A stretch of 42,912 bases of DNA from Octopus bimaculoides (Eukaryota), in the NCBI RefSeq assembly GCF_001194135.2, contig NC_068987.1, forward strand, positions 4,361,500 through 4,404,411, in the 5' to 3' direction. Position 1 is the stretch's first letter; the number at the start of each line of letters is the position of its first letter. A model generated the notes under the pieces. That model searched no databases and was not told the DNA's origin. It worked only from the letters and a program-made list of their open reading frames with translations. Of the stretch, positions 19,520 to 32,749 are shown piece by piece. The position numbers were made by a program, and so were the translations under genes.

Positions 19520-19830
19520 CTATAGAAATGGTAGTAGTAGTAGTGTGTGGTGACGATAGTGGAGCGATAGTACTTGTTGTGGTAGTAATAGTGTCTCTGT
19601 CGTGGTAGTCATGGTAGTGATTGTGCAGTAGAGTGGAAACAGTAATTAACGGCGGTGGTGGTGGTGCAGCAATATGCATTTATAGTAGCGGTGTTTGTAG
19701 TGGTGCAATAGGGTGTAGATAGTAGTAGTAACGGTGGTGGTAGTGGTGGTGGTGGTGCAGTAATGTAGTAGTGTGATATAGTAGGGTTGATTCAGCTATA
19801 GCTGTTGCAGAAACGGTAGCAGTAGCACCT

Positions 19831-19887
<57 letters not shown>

Positions 19888-20192
19888 ATCATAGTTGCGG
19901 TAGCAACAGTAGTGGTGGTAGTGGTGGTGGTGGTAGTAGTAGTGGCGATGGTGGTGGTGGTAGCGGCAGCAGTGGTTGTGATGGTACTAATAATAATAGT
20001 TGTGGCTGCGGCGGCAGTAGTGGTGATGGTGATGATGGTGGTGGTGGTGGTGGTAGTAATAGTAGTAGTAGTAGTGGTGGTGGTGGTGGAAGTAGTTGAG
20101 GTGGTTGTGATGGCAGCAATATTAGTATAGGTAGTAGTAGTTGTAGGTGTGGTTGTTGTTGTTGTTGTTGTTGTGATAGTAGGCTTGTTAGT
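19520..20192. repeat. Long compound (GTA/GTG/GTT)n triplet region running into a gap
   Basis: Directly visible. Confidence 0.9.
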
Positions 20193-21069
20193 NNNNNNNN
20201 NNNNNNNNNNNNNNNNNNNNNNNNNNNNNNNNNNNNNNNNNNNNNNNNNNNNNNNNNNNNNNNNNNNNNNNNNNNNNNNNNNNNNNNNNNNNNNNNNNNN
20301 NNNNNNNNNNNNNNNNNNNNNNNNNNNNNNNNNNNNNNNNNNNNNNNNNNNNNNNNNNNNNNNNNNNNNNNNNNNNNNNNNNNNNNNNNNNNNNNNNNNN
20401 NNNNNNNNNNNNNNNNNNNNNNNNNNNNNNNNNNNNNNNNNNNNNNNNNNNNNNNNNNNNNNNNNNNNNNNNNNNNNNNNNNNNNNNNNNNNNNNNNNNN
20501 NNNNNNNNNNNNNNNNNNNNNNNNNNNNNNNNNNNNNNNNNNNNNNNNNNNNNNNNNNNNNNNNNNNNNNNNNNNNNNNNNNNNNNNNNNNNNNNNNNNN
20601 NNNNNNNNNNNNNNNNNNNNNNNNNNNNNNNNNNNNNNNNNNNNNNNNNNNNNNNNNNNNNNNNNNNNNNNNNNNNNNNNNNNNNNNNNNNNNNNNNNNN
20701 NNNNNNNNNNNNNNNNNNNNNNNNNNNNNNNNNNNNNNNNNNNNNNNNNNNNNNNNNNNNNNNNNNNNNNNNNNNNNNNNNNNNNNNNNNNNNNNNNNNN
20801 NNNNNNNNNNNNNNNNNNNNNNNNNNNNNNNNNNNNNNNNNNNNNNNNNNNNNNNNNNNNNNNNNNNNNNNNNNNNNNNNNNNNNNNNNNNNNNNNNNNN
20901 NNNNNNNNNNNNNNNNNNNNNNNNNNNNNNNNNNNNNNNNNNNNNNNNNNNNNNNNNNNNNNNNNNNNNNNNNNNNNNNNNNNNNNNNNNNAAATAAGGA
21001 AAAGTTCCTGCAGAATTTTATTTCTGTTTTGTGTTTTATAGGGACCTACAACATGCAGTGCTTTTTTTT

Positions 21070-21693
<624 letters not shown>

Positions 21694-22262
21694 NNNNNNN
21701 NNNNNNNNNNNNNNNNNNNNNNNNNNNNNNNNNNNNNNNNNNNNNNNNNNNNNNNNNNNNNNNNNNNNNNNNNNNNNNNNNNNNNNNNNNNNNNNNNNNN
21801 NNNNNNNNNNNNNNNNNNNNNNNNNNNNNNNNNNNNNNNNNNNNNNNNNNNNNNNNNNNNNNNNNNNNNNNNNNNNNNNNNNNNNNNNNNNNNNNNNNNN
21901 NNNNNNNNNNNNNNNNNNNNNNNNNNNNNNNNNNNNNNNNNNNNNNNNNNNNNNNNNNNNNNNNNNNNNNNNNNNNNNNNNNNNNNNNNNNNNNNNNNNN
22001 NNNNNNNNNNNNNNNNNNNNNNNNNNNNNNNNNNNNNNNNNNNNNNNNNNNNNNNNNNNNNNNNNNNNNNNNNNNNNNNNNNNNNNNNNNNNNNNNNNNN
22101 NNNNNNNNNNNNNNNNNNNNNNNNNNNNNNNNNNNNNNNNNNNNNNNNNNNNNNNNNNNNNNNNNNNNNNNNNNNNNNNNNNNNNNNNNNNNNNNNNNNN
22201 NNNNNNNNNNNNNNNNNNNNNNNNNNNNNNNNNNNNNNNNNNNNNNNNNNNNNNNNNNNNNN

Positions 22263-22350
22263 TGCCGAACCGCTAGTTACGGGGACGTAAACACACCAAC
22301 ATCGGTTGTCAATCGATAGTATGGGGTCAAAAAAGACACACAAATATATA
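22263..22350 (-). mobile_element. SINE family C middle fragment
   Basis: TGCCGAACCGCTAGTTACGGGGACGTAAACACACCAACATCGGTTGTCAA is the reverse of 26600-26650. Confidence 0.8.
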
Positions 22351-22380
22351 TATACATATTTATACTCACACACACACATA

Positions 22381-22494
22381 TATAGTTGGAATTTACAAAA
22401 AGACGAAGGCAGGTATGTAAACAACAAACAGGTATATAGTTTAACGCTCAGGAAGGTGAGAAAGTCTTTTACGTTTCGAGCCTTTGCTCGTCAT
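22381..22494 (-). mobile_element. Probable Penelope-like element terminal-repeat remnant with a hammerhead-like motif
   Basis: Minus strand ATGACGAGCAAAGGCTCGAAACGTAAAAGAC; the GAAACGT signature is typical of PLE pseudo-LTRs. Family call is inference. Confidence 0.4.
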
Positions 22495-22794
22495 ATATAT
22501 ACATATACATATATACACACACACACACACTTATATATGATGGCGTTCTTAAGGGTCATATGGACCCAGGTTGAGAACTACTGTTATTCCTTGTTCGATC
22601 TGCTAGAAATAGAAGCTAAATCTCTAAATCATATCCTATGTCTTTAAATGAGTATATATATATACATATATATATATTTAACGATGGAAAAGTAGATACT
22701 ATAAATTACGGGATGGGCATGGCTGGAAAGCTTTTAATCATAATCAGAGCTGAGCTGAGGCTAAACAACAGCAATCCCGTTGTTATTATCATCT

Positions 22795-22945
22795 TCACGT
22801 TCTGCGTTCAAATCCCGCCGAGGTCGACTTCACCTTTTATCCTTTTCGGGGTCGATAAAAGGAGTACCAGTTAAATACTAGGGTCGATGTTATCGGTTAA
22901 GTCCCTCCCGCAAAATTTGTGGCGTTGTGCCTATAGTAGAAAGGA
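22795..22945 (+). mobile_element. SINE family A, head decayed
   Basis: GTTCAAATCCCGCCGAGGTCGACTT..CCTTTTATCCTTTTCGGGGTCGATAAAA..GTACCAG...GTGCCTATAGTAGAAAG. Confidence 0.8.
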
Positions 22946-23270
22946 TCATCATCGTCGTCGTCGTCGTCATCTGAGATGTACACCTAACTTTAGATGCTGC
23001 AACGCCATCATCATCATGTCTCCTATAGCAACAGCCATGACAACTGCAATCATCGCAACCACCATCACAACCACCACCACCATCACAACGACTACCTTCA
23101 TTACCAGCGCCACTATCACCATAACAACGACCAGCAGCATCACCACCACCACCACCACCACCACCATCATTTTTGTCGCCGTCATCACAACCATCACATC
23201 CACTTTTTCACAACAAACTACCACTCAACACCATCGCAACTACACAACCACCACTATCGACCACCACCCA
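22945..23270. repeat. (CAT/CAC/CGT)n triplet region
   Basis: Directly visible. Confidence 0.85.
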
Positions 23271-24509
23271 TACCCCTGGGGGTTATTTCCTTTTCTTTGC
23301 CTAGTGTCTGTGTTTATGGGAGTGAGGTGGGGTTGGAGTGAGGGTAGCGGACACACAGACAAGACAGAAGTGGGGTACAGCAAAGTAGTTTGTCCCCCAC
23401 CTCACNNNNNNNNNNNNNNNNNNNNNNNNNNNNNNNNNNNNNNNNNNNNNNNNNNNNNNNNNNNNNNNNNNNNNNNNNNNNNNNNNNNNNNNNNNNNNNN
23501 NNNNNNNNNNNNNNNNNNNNNNNNNNNNNNNNNNNNNNNNNNNNNNNNNNNNNNNNNNNNNNNNNNNNNNNNNNNNNNNNNNNNNNNNNNNNNNNNNNNN
23601 NNNNNNNNNNNNNNNNNNNNNNNNNNNNNNNNNNNNNNNNNNNNNNNNNNNNNNNNNNNNNNNNNNNNNNNNNNNNNNNNNNNNNNNNNNNNNNNNNNNN
23701 NNNNNNNNNNNNNNNNNNNNNNNNNNNNNNNNNNNNNNNNNNNNNNNNNNNNNNNNNNNNNNNNNNNNNNNNNNNNNNNNNNNNNNNNNNNNNNNNNNNN
23801 NNNNNNNNNNNNNNNNNNNNNNNNNNNNNNNNNNNNNNNNNNNNNNNNNNNNNNNNNNNNNNNNNNNNNNNNNNNNNNNNNNNNNNNNNNNNNNNNNNNN
23901 NNNNNNNNNNNNNNNNNNNNNNNNNNNNNNNNNNNNNNNNNNNNNNNNNNNNNNNNNNNNNNNNNNNNNNNNNNNNNNNNNNNNNNNNNNNNNNNNNNNN
24001 NNNNNNNNNNNNNNNNNNNNNNNNNNNNNNNNNNNNNNNNNNNNNNNNNNNNNNNNNNNNNNNNNNNNNACACATACGCACACACACACGCGTCTACATG
24101 TAAACCCCAGCAGCACGTACACACGATCTGCTGTCAACCAGTCGCTTAAGATAATGAAAATAACTTTCATAATGATTCCTCCACCCCGTCCCCCCTTTCA
24201 AATGTTTCCTCCCCTCTCTCTTCTTCTCCTCATCCTTCTCCTACCTCCGTTCCTCCCCACCTCACCCTATTTCTTTCCAAGTGTTTCGTTGTCTGTCTGA
24301 TGTGACCTGAATTTCTCCTCCACCCCACTCACATCCATCCACACACACACACACACATGCACAGACAGACAGACATTATCCACCCCTTTCTACCTTCATA
24401 ATCCCATCACTCCACCCGAAAACCTGCCCCTCTCTAGCATTCCTATTATGACACCACTTACAACAACCTACACACCACTAACACACCACTATTTGTATTA
24501 TTAGATTTT

Positions 24510-24665
24510 ACACTCTGAGTTCAAATCCCGCCGAGGTCGAATTTGCCTTTCTTTCTTTCGGGGGTCGATAAATTAAGTACCAGTTGCGTACTGGAATCGA
24601 TCTAATTGACTGGCCCCCCTCCCCCAAAATTTCGGGCATTGTGCCTTGAGTAGAAAACAATATTT
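24510..24665 (+). mobile_element. SINE family A, 5'-truncated, young
   Basis: CTGAGTTCAAATCCCGCCGAGGTCGA...AAATTAAGTACCAGTTGCGTACTGG...GAGTAGAAAACAATATT. Confidence 0.9.
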
Positions 24666-24704
24666 GCATTATTAGGGGGGAGGGGNNNNNNNNNNTATTT
24701 GCAT

Positions 24705-24897
24705 TATTAGGGGGGAGGGGGGGGTCAGTCGATTAGATCGACCTCAGTATGCAACTGGTACTTAATTTATCGACCCCGAAAGGATGAAAGGCAAAATCGA
24801 CCTCGGCGGAATTTGAACTCAGAACGTAGCGGCAGACGAAATACCGCCAAGCATTTCGCCCGGCGCGCTAACGGTCCTGCCAGCTCGTCGCCGCCTT
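24705..24897 (-). mobile_element. SINE family A, young, inverted relative to 24510-24665
   Basis: CAGTCGATTAGATCGACC..CAGTATGCAACTGGTACTTAATTTATCGACCCCGAAAGGATGAAAGGC...CTGCCAGCTCG. Confidence 0.9.
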
Positions 24898-25419
24898 ACG
24901 TTACTACTCTTATTACACCACTCTCTACAAAATCATTGCTGTCAACACTTTAATCTGACACTATACCTTCCTATCGCTACCGTAGCCATCATCGCTATAA
25001 TTGCCACCGCATACAACCAAAACAACCAATTTCCATAACCACCTTGCAACCCGAGTGTGTTCACTCGCCCTTCTAGAAACAGCAGCCAAATCTTCGCTTT
25101 ACCACCCCTTGCTCCTCAAAATCACAGTTTAATACTTAAAAAGAAAAAGAAAGGACATATTACTAACTGTAGTTTGTTTTTTTTTAGATATAAAGAGTCT
25201 GAAAAAAAACGAGATGGTTACGGTTGGAATATCTTTGATCAGAGGTGTGATCAAAATAAACATCAGTACTTCTGTCACTGTGAGTTAACGAGGCAACCCC
25301 TATGTGGTTGGTTTGTCTGCTAGAAATAGTAGCACTCAAATCATAACATCGTTTTTAAAAGACATAACAGATTTTATATTGTAGTTTCAGATAGGATTGT
25401 GTGGCATCTTGGGCAATAA

Positions 25420-25865
25420 CCCTCAGGTCGACCAATGCTCTCTTTGTCTGTGAAGTTGGTTGATGGAAACTGTGTAGAAGCACGTTGTATGTGTGTGTGA
25501 TTTTTTTCTAACAGGTGAACTTGAAGTAGATAGAGCTACAAATAAAAACGCGTAAATATTAGGCAAAAGATCCCTTTGCCTTTGACTTTTCTCATTTATA
25601 GCTTTATCTACCTCGAGTTCAATCGTTAAAAACGAATGATGTCACGTTCGCTCGAAGTTTCTAAATTCGTATGACGTAAACAACATGGTTGCGTTTCTCT
25701 ATGTTTATGTTTGTGTCCTCCTCCACTGCTTGACAACCAATGTGGACTTGTCTCTATAACTTAGTAGTTCGACACAAGAAACCGATAGAATAAGTAACAC
25801 TACTTTAAACACCTTCAAGGCGGTGCTCCAGCATGGCTGTAGCCAAAGGACTGAAACAGGCAAAA
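25420..25865 (+). mobile_element. SINE family C, old and interrupted
   Basis: 5' piece (GGTCGACCAA...GATGGAAACTG..GAAGC) and 3' piece (GCTTGACAACCA...CCGATAGAATAAGTA...GGCGGTGCTCCAGCATGGC...GACTGAAACA) separated by other sequence. Confidence 0.5.
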
Positions 25866-26368
25866 GTTAAATAAATAAAACGAGGCTGAAAGGTTTTGGG
25901 GTCATAAGTCTACGTGGATCATAGCTGCCCTTAGTTAAACGGCATCATTCTTGATTACGATCGCAAGTGAAGGAGTCTCTATACTTGGTCGACTTGTTAA
26001 AAATAGCAGCCGAATCCCTCAAGCAGCACCTTACCGCCTTTATAAAAGGTACATTAGATATTGTGATACTTATAAAATGAGACGAAATGGTCATAGGTCT
26101 GCTCTATCAGAGCTGGCTTGGGGGTTAAAAAGGGGAAGAGAAAGAAAAAAACAGAACACCGCCTCCATCATATATATAATGTTGTGGAGTCTGTTGTCGT
26201 GAACGACAAATGAGAGTTCCGCCACTTGTTGCTGAACAAGCTGCTCAGGGGATTTGCTTATAGTGTTTATGTTGTACATTAAGCTCTCACTCCTTCTATC
26301 AAGTGTCAATAACAAAACTCTCGGTCCTTGAGTCACTCTGCTGATTGCTACACACACACACACACATA

Positions 26369-26770
26369 GGCGCAGGAGTGGCTGTGAGGTAAGTAGCTTG
26401 CTTACCAACCACATGATTCCGGGTTCAGTACCACTGCATGGCACCTTGCGCAAGTGTCTTCTACTGTAGCCTCGGGCCAACCAAAGCTTTGTGAGTGGAT
26501 TTGGTAGACGGAAACTGAAAGAAGCCTGTCGTATATATGTATATGTATATGTATATATATATGTATATTTGTGTGTCTATGTTTGTCTCCCCACCATCGC
26601 TTGACAACCGATGTTGGTGTGTTTACGTCCCCGTAACTAGCTCTTCGGCAAAAGAGACCGATAGAATAAGTACTAGGCTTACAAAACAATAAGTCCCAGG
26701 GGTCGATTTGTTCGACTAAAGGCGGTGCTCCAGCATGGCCGCAGTCAAATGACTGAAACAAGTAAAAGAA
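26369..26770 (+). mobile_element. SINE family C, full length, young
   Basis: Complete head (GGCGCAGGAGTGGCTGTGAGGTAAGTAGC), internal (TA/TG)n and 3' end GACTGAAACAAGTAAAAGA; sits directly after a (CA)n tract. Confidence 0.95.
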
Positions 26771-27017
26771 AAAAAAAATACATATGCATTTATGTATATA
26801 TGTCTCTCCCTTCCCTCTCCTCGCCTCTCTCTCTCTTCCTCTTCACACACACAACACACACATGCATGCTTGACTGGTCACAGGGCACAATATTTTTGCA
26901 TGAGTGAGTGCACACACAAAAACACACGCGTGCACACACATACACTTGTTAACAGACCAACAGCTTTGCATTTTCACAAATACACACTGAAGCATGAAAC
27001 ATTGTCACAGAAAACCA

Positions 27018-27050
<33 letters not shown>

Positions 27051-27172
27051 ATGTTTGTCTATACCACCCCACCTCTCCTCTACCCTCTTGATAGTGCAAT
27101 CTAGCATAAATTAACGTGCACTATGCACACAACCATTTTACACATTAGCTAAGCAAGCTCTGGAGTCATATA

Positions 27173-27398
27173 CGGTAATGCCTCGACTATCGCGGGTGTT
27201 ACGCTCCAACCCCCGCGATAGGTGAAAATCCGCGAAGTAGAAACAGTACTGTATATATATATATATATATTTGAATTATTTTTATAATTTGTATATATTT
27301 ATTTTATTTATAAATGCAAAACACCACCACGGAGGAATCGACGTAAGCTTAAATGATAAACCGCGATAAATGAATAGCGATATGGTTAGGGATTATTG
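27173..27398. mobile_element. pogo/Tigger-type MITE
   Basis: TA TSD (27171-27172, 27399-27400); imperfect TIRs CGGTAATGCCTCGACTATCGC / GCGATATGGTTAGGGATTATTG; repeated CCGCGA(T)A subterminal motifs. Confidence 0.8.
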
Positions 27399-27402
27399 TA
27401 AA

Positions 27403-27550
27403 TTCGACTGCGGCCATGCTGGAGCACCGCCTTCAGTCGAGCAAATTGGCCCCAGGACTTATTCTTTGTAAGCCTAGTACTTTTTCTATCGGGCTCTTTG
27501 CCGAACCGCTAAGTTACGGGGACGTAGACACCAGCATCGGTTGTGAAGCG
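27403..27550 (-). mobile_element. SINE family C 3' half running into a gap
   Basis: GACTGCGGCCATGCTGGAGCACCGCC...GTAAGCCTAGTAC...CCGCTAAGTTACGGGGACG. Confidence 0.85.
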
Positions 27551-28526
27551 ATGTGGTGGTGGTGGTGGGGGGGGNNNNNNNNNNNNNNNNNNNNNNNNNN
27601 NNNNNNNNNNNNNNNNNNNNNNNNNNNNNNNNNNNNNNNNNNNNNNNNNNNNNNNNNNNNNNNNNNNNNNNNNNNNNNNNNNNNNNNNNNNNNNNNNNNN
27701 NNNNNNNNNNNNNNNNNNNNNNNNNNNNNNNNNNNNNNNNNNNNNNNNNNNNNNNNNNNNNNNNNNNNNNNNNNNNNNNNNNNNNNNNNNNNNNNNNNNN
27801 NNNNNNNNNNNNNNNNNNNNNNNNNNNNNNNNNNNNNNNNNNNNNNNNNNNNNNNNNNNNNNNNNNNNNNNNNNNNNNNNNNNNNNNNNNNNNNNNNNNN
27901 NNNNNNNNNNNNNNNNNNNNNNNNNNNNNNNNNNNNNNNNNNNNNNNNNNNNNNNNNNNNNNNNNNNNNNNNNNNNNNNNNNNNNNNNNNNNNNNNNNNN
28001 NNNNNNNNNNNNNNNNNNNNNNNNNNNNNNNNNNNNNNNNNNNNNNNNNNNNNNNNNNNNNNNNNNNNNNNNNNNNNNNNNNNNNNNNNNNNNNNNNNNN
28101 NNNNNNNNNNNNNNNNNNNNNNNNNNNNNNNNNNNNNNNNNNNNNNNNNNNNNNNNNNNNNNNNNNNNNNNNNNNNNNNNNNNNNNNNNNNNNNNNNNNN
28201 NNNNNNNNNNNNNNNNNNNNNNNNNNNNNNNNNNNNNNNNNNNNNNNNNNNNNNNNNNNNNNNNNNNNNNNNNNNNNNNNNNNNNNNNNNNNNNNNNNNN
28301 NNNNNNNNNNNNNNNNNNNNNNNNNNNNNNNNNNNNNNNNNNNNNNNNNNNNNNNNNNNNNNNNNNNNNNNNNNNNNNNNNNNNNNNNNNNNNNNNNNNN
28401 NNNNNNNNNNNNNNNNNNNNNNNNNNNNNNNNNNNNNNNNNNNNNNNNNNNNNNNNNNNNNNNNNNNNNNNNNNNNNNNNNNNNNNNNNNNNNNNNNNNN
28501 NNNNNNNNNNNNNNNNNNNNNNNNNN

Positions 28527-28570
<44 letters not shown>

Positions 28571-29694
28571 GCGGGTTGGAGAGGTAAGACACGAGACAAA
28601 AGTTTGCAGAAAATAATGTAACGAATCAATGAAATCGATCCCAGAAAAATGACAGGTATAAATATTTTATTGATGTCGACTGAACAGATGGCGGACGTCC
28701 GTCTTGCAGTCGGTACGGGAGACTGCAATACTCTGCAGTTTTGTTTGTTTGTTTTTTATATGCAACATTTTTAGAAGTTAGGGAGAAGATCGAGATAGAG
28801 TAGGCATGAGTACACCGAAGGACCCCAGAGACTGATACACGGGAAGCAGAGGATAATGTGTAGCCATTAAGTCTATAACCCAAGCAGAAGCTTTCGGTTA
28901 CACGTTAAGCTTTTGTTGCAGAAACGTAGTCCATTAGAGTATGAGATACGAACAAGAACAAACGGACGTATATTGGGTACACACACATATACACACACAC
29001 ACAAACACCACACACACACACACACACACATACACACACACACACACGCATACACACACACATACACACACACACATACACACNNNNNNNNNNNNNNNNN
29101 NNNNNNNNNNNNNNNNNNNNNNNNNNNNNNNNNNNNNNNNNNNNNNNNNNNNNNNNNNNNNNNNNNNNNNNNNNNNNNNNNNNNNNNNNNNNNNNNNNNN
29201 NNNNNNNNNNNNNNNNNNNNNNNNNNNNNNNNNNNNNNNNNNNNNNNNNNNNNNNNNNNNNNNNNNNNNNNNNNNNNNNNNNNNNNNNNNNNNNNNNNNN
29301 NNNNNNNNNNNNNNNNNNNNNNNNNNNNNNNNNNNNNNNNNNNNNNNNNNNNNNNNNNNNNNNNNNNNNNNNNNNNNNNNNNNNNNNNNNNNNNNNNNNN
29401 NNNNNNNNNNNNNNNNNNNNNNNNNNNNNNNNNNNNNNNNNNNNNNNNNNNNNNNNNNNNNNNNNNNNNNNNNNNNNNNNNNNNNNNNNNNNNNNNNNNN
29501 NNNNNNNNNNNNNNNNNNNNNNNNNNNNNNNNNNNNNNNNNNNNNNNNNNNNNNNNNNNNNNNNNNNNNNNNNNNNNNNNNNNNNNNNNNNNNNNNNNNN
29601 NNNNNNNNNNNNNNNNNNNNNNNNNNNNNNNNNNNNNNNNNNNNNNNNNNNNNNNNNNNNNNNNNNNNNNNNNNNNNNNNNNNNNNNNNNNNNN

Positions 29695-29751
<57 letters not shown>

Positions 29752-30529
29752 CATACATATGTGTTTGTGTGTCCCGTAAAAAAATATCACTGGTAACAAG
29801 CATATCAAACATACAGTCCTATCATCAGCTACCTAATGGTTATCATTATGATTTCGACACCTTTGCAGTGGTTCATATCTGATGCAGTCTACACTATATT
29901 TTTATATCTTTCCCAGATCGATAAAATAAAAGTACCGATCAAGTACTGAGATCAGTTTGTACTTTTATAATGTATCTTACTTTCGAATGGAATCATAAAT
30001 CATTAAAGATTTCTTGTGAATGAAACCACAAGAAACCAAATGTTTTTATTTCAAATTCTTTCGTTAATCTACTTGTAGATAAAAAAAAATTGTCATTTGG
30101 CATTATACCAGTAATATTTTGGGATCGATTTTAATTAACTGTTCAAAATTATTTCCCCGACAAAGGAAATAATTTTTCAATGATGAATTGTAAACACCAA
30201 CAGGTAATGTAGTGGCAGCAGAAATGGTCATGTTATGAGCCTGAATGTTTTTGAGGTATCTGGTACCTTCTGGCTCCATTTTTCTAGTTTCTGAGTTCAA
30301 TTACAATCAAGGTTGACTTAATTTAATTTTTTTTATCCCTACGAAATTAATAAAATAAATGAGTCTCACTCTCGATACAATTAACTCAATGTGCCTATAA
30401 TAAACTGTATGGCCTCATGCCAACGTAGGACATTCAAAATTGCCATTATCCCCCATTATCACGATTATCTTCATCAATTCCCTAATCACAATTATCGGCA
30501 TAAGATCGTAATCACCGTTGCTGCTGCTA

Positions 30530-30533
30530 CTGT

Positions 30534-30580
<47 letters not shown>

Positions 30581-30719
30581 TTGCTACTATTATCACAGAT
30601 ACTGTTTCCCCAACTAGTCTAATGAAATTGAATTGGTCCAGGGGAAAGTAATCTCTTGACTCTCGTCTGATTCCGACAATTTTCTTGGCTATCATTCCTC
30701 TTCATCATATTTTTTCTTC

Positions 30720-30767
<48 letters not shown>

Positions 30768-30810
30768 TTCTCCCTCTCTCTTTCTCCCTCTCTCTCTCTC
30801 TCACCTCACT
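30530..30810. repeat. (CTA)n and (CT)n microsatellites
   Basis: Tracts at about 30532-30578 and 30718-30800. Confidence 0.9.
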
Positions 30811-32749
30811 CTCCTCACTCTCCAAAAGTTATTCTCCTTCCATCTTTTGCATCTTATGTCTTCCGCTTCAAATATCTTGCTTTTTATTCGAGTCATTCAC
30901 TGTAAACTTTCGTTTGCTAACATTGTTCAATTTTTCAATAAAATAGCAGTCATCTTTCACTATCTCTTTATTTTTTGTCTCTTTCCTCCCCTTCAAGAAC
31001 ATTATTTTGGTATTTTTCAATCATAAATAATAATGATTGCCTTCTCGGTAAGATTCTGCAGTTTTTCATTAAAAAACGTGCTCCTCTAACAAAAAAAAAA
31101 AAAACAGAAAAGTATTCTTACTCACTATCATAGTTTAATGGTGGACGTTTCTTCTTACATGTATTACATTTAATCTGCCTCTCAACGAAAATTATGGCCC
31201 CATTTTCTCTTTCGCTGGTAAACCCTATGTTTTCACCGTAAACGATAACTACATGCCCAGTATGAAAGAAATTCTACGAGGTCGCTGTCAACAGCAACCA
31301 AACGTCCCTCAAATCACACGCTTTCTTCTAAAAGAAAGGACACATTTTTTAACGTAATCTTAGATACACTGTCGGAAAAAAAGATGGGAGGGTTACGGTT
31401 GGACTAGTGTTGTCCCAGTTCTCTTGGATTAGTGATAATCTGGAACTAAATTTACATCGACAACAACTCGTTACCACAATCTTCAGTAATGTTCTTCGAA
31501 ATTTCAATGAAAATTGTACATCTATATTCCAGATCCAATTTCCAATTTATTAATTTTCTCCAATTTCGCTACCATTTTTTCGTTCACCTTTTTACTGGTT
31601 GTCTTTCATTGACCAAATTTTCTTCACTTCTTTTTTGAAAACAATGGCTCCATTTTCTCGTTCAATTGCATTTAACCGATCTTTGAACGAAACTGATTGT
31701 TCACTCTTTAGCAACTGTTAATCTTCAGTTTTTCAATGAAAATATAGGTTACATTAATATTTTCCATTCTCTAAAACTATTACGTCATTTCCCTTCCTGG
31801 CTAATGTTTCTCTCGTTTTCCATTGAAGTCTGTGGATCAACTATCGTCCCTAAATTTCTTCATAGTAACTCTACTCTCCCACGCGCGGTTAGGCTTTCAG
31901 TATTCCTACGGTGCCTGATTTCTAATGGACTATAACATAAAGGATTAAATCGTTGAAACCCTGTAATGAAAAAAATGTGTTTACATTCACAATTAACCCC
32001 TAAATATGTATATATGTAAGAAATATGATGCTTAAACACAGTTAGAAACTACGCAGAAATGTAACAAGATTCAAATTGTCCGAAAACCCCAGACTTCTCC
32101 AATTCATTCATTGTAATTCGTTACTTCCGTTCTTATATTTTGTAATAAGATAAGCCTTTTTCTCTCTGTTCTTTCAGTTAAATTCCAATCTTCTTTACGC
32201 TGACTCCGTTCTTTGGTTCAGTTGAATTTCTCAGTCTCTGAAAAAATATCAGTTCTATTTTGTCGTTCTTTGAATATATTCCTACATTCACCAATATTCT
32301 GTAGTCTTGCATAGAAAACATAAATTCGTTTGTTGCATTCCTTGTCATTCTTTAATTTTCCTCTCTGTAAAATGGCTCCATTTTCTCATTCATTTCTATT
32401 TCTCTTTTACTTTCGTCTTCCCCTCAAAAAATCTTTGGTTTTCTCATATTCTTCGATGGCTGTTTCTTTTCTTTGCTACGTAAATAGACTGAAGTCCCTA
32501 TTTTTGCTGAAACCAATACGAGTGATTGATTGGTTAAATAACGTCAATTTGTTATTCCTCTGTTCTCTATCAGAAATCGATATTTTCCTACTCTTTCCCC
32601 CAACGATTGCCCTCCCATTTTAAAATCTATAAACTTCCAAATTAACATTCGTAACGAAACATTATCGAACTTTATTTTTCATTTTAATCAGATTCGAAGT
32701 TTTAGTTCTCTGTTGTAAATGTGATATTTCTCAAATTTGACAAAAAAAT

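Noticed and set aside
24661-24720. Direct repeat TATTTGCATTATTAGGGGGGAGGGG on both sides of a 10-N gap
   Set aside because: Typical unmerged contig overlap at a G-run; assembly artefact.
32160-32230. Strong plus-strand acceptor TCTCTCTGTTCTTTCAG
   Set aside because: All three downstream frames close within about 16 codons and no matching donor was found.
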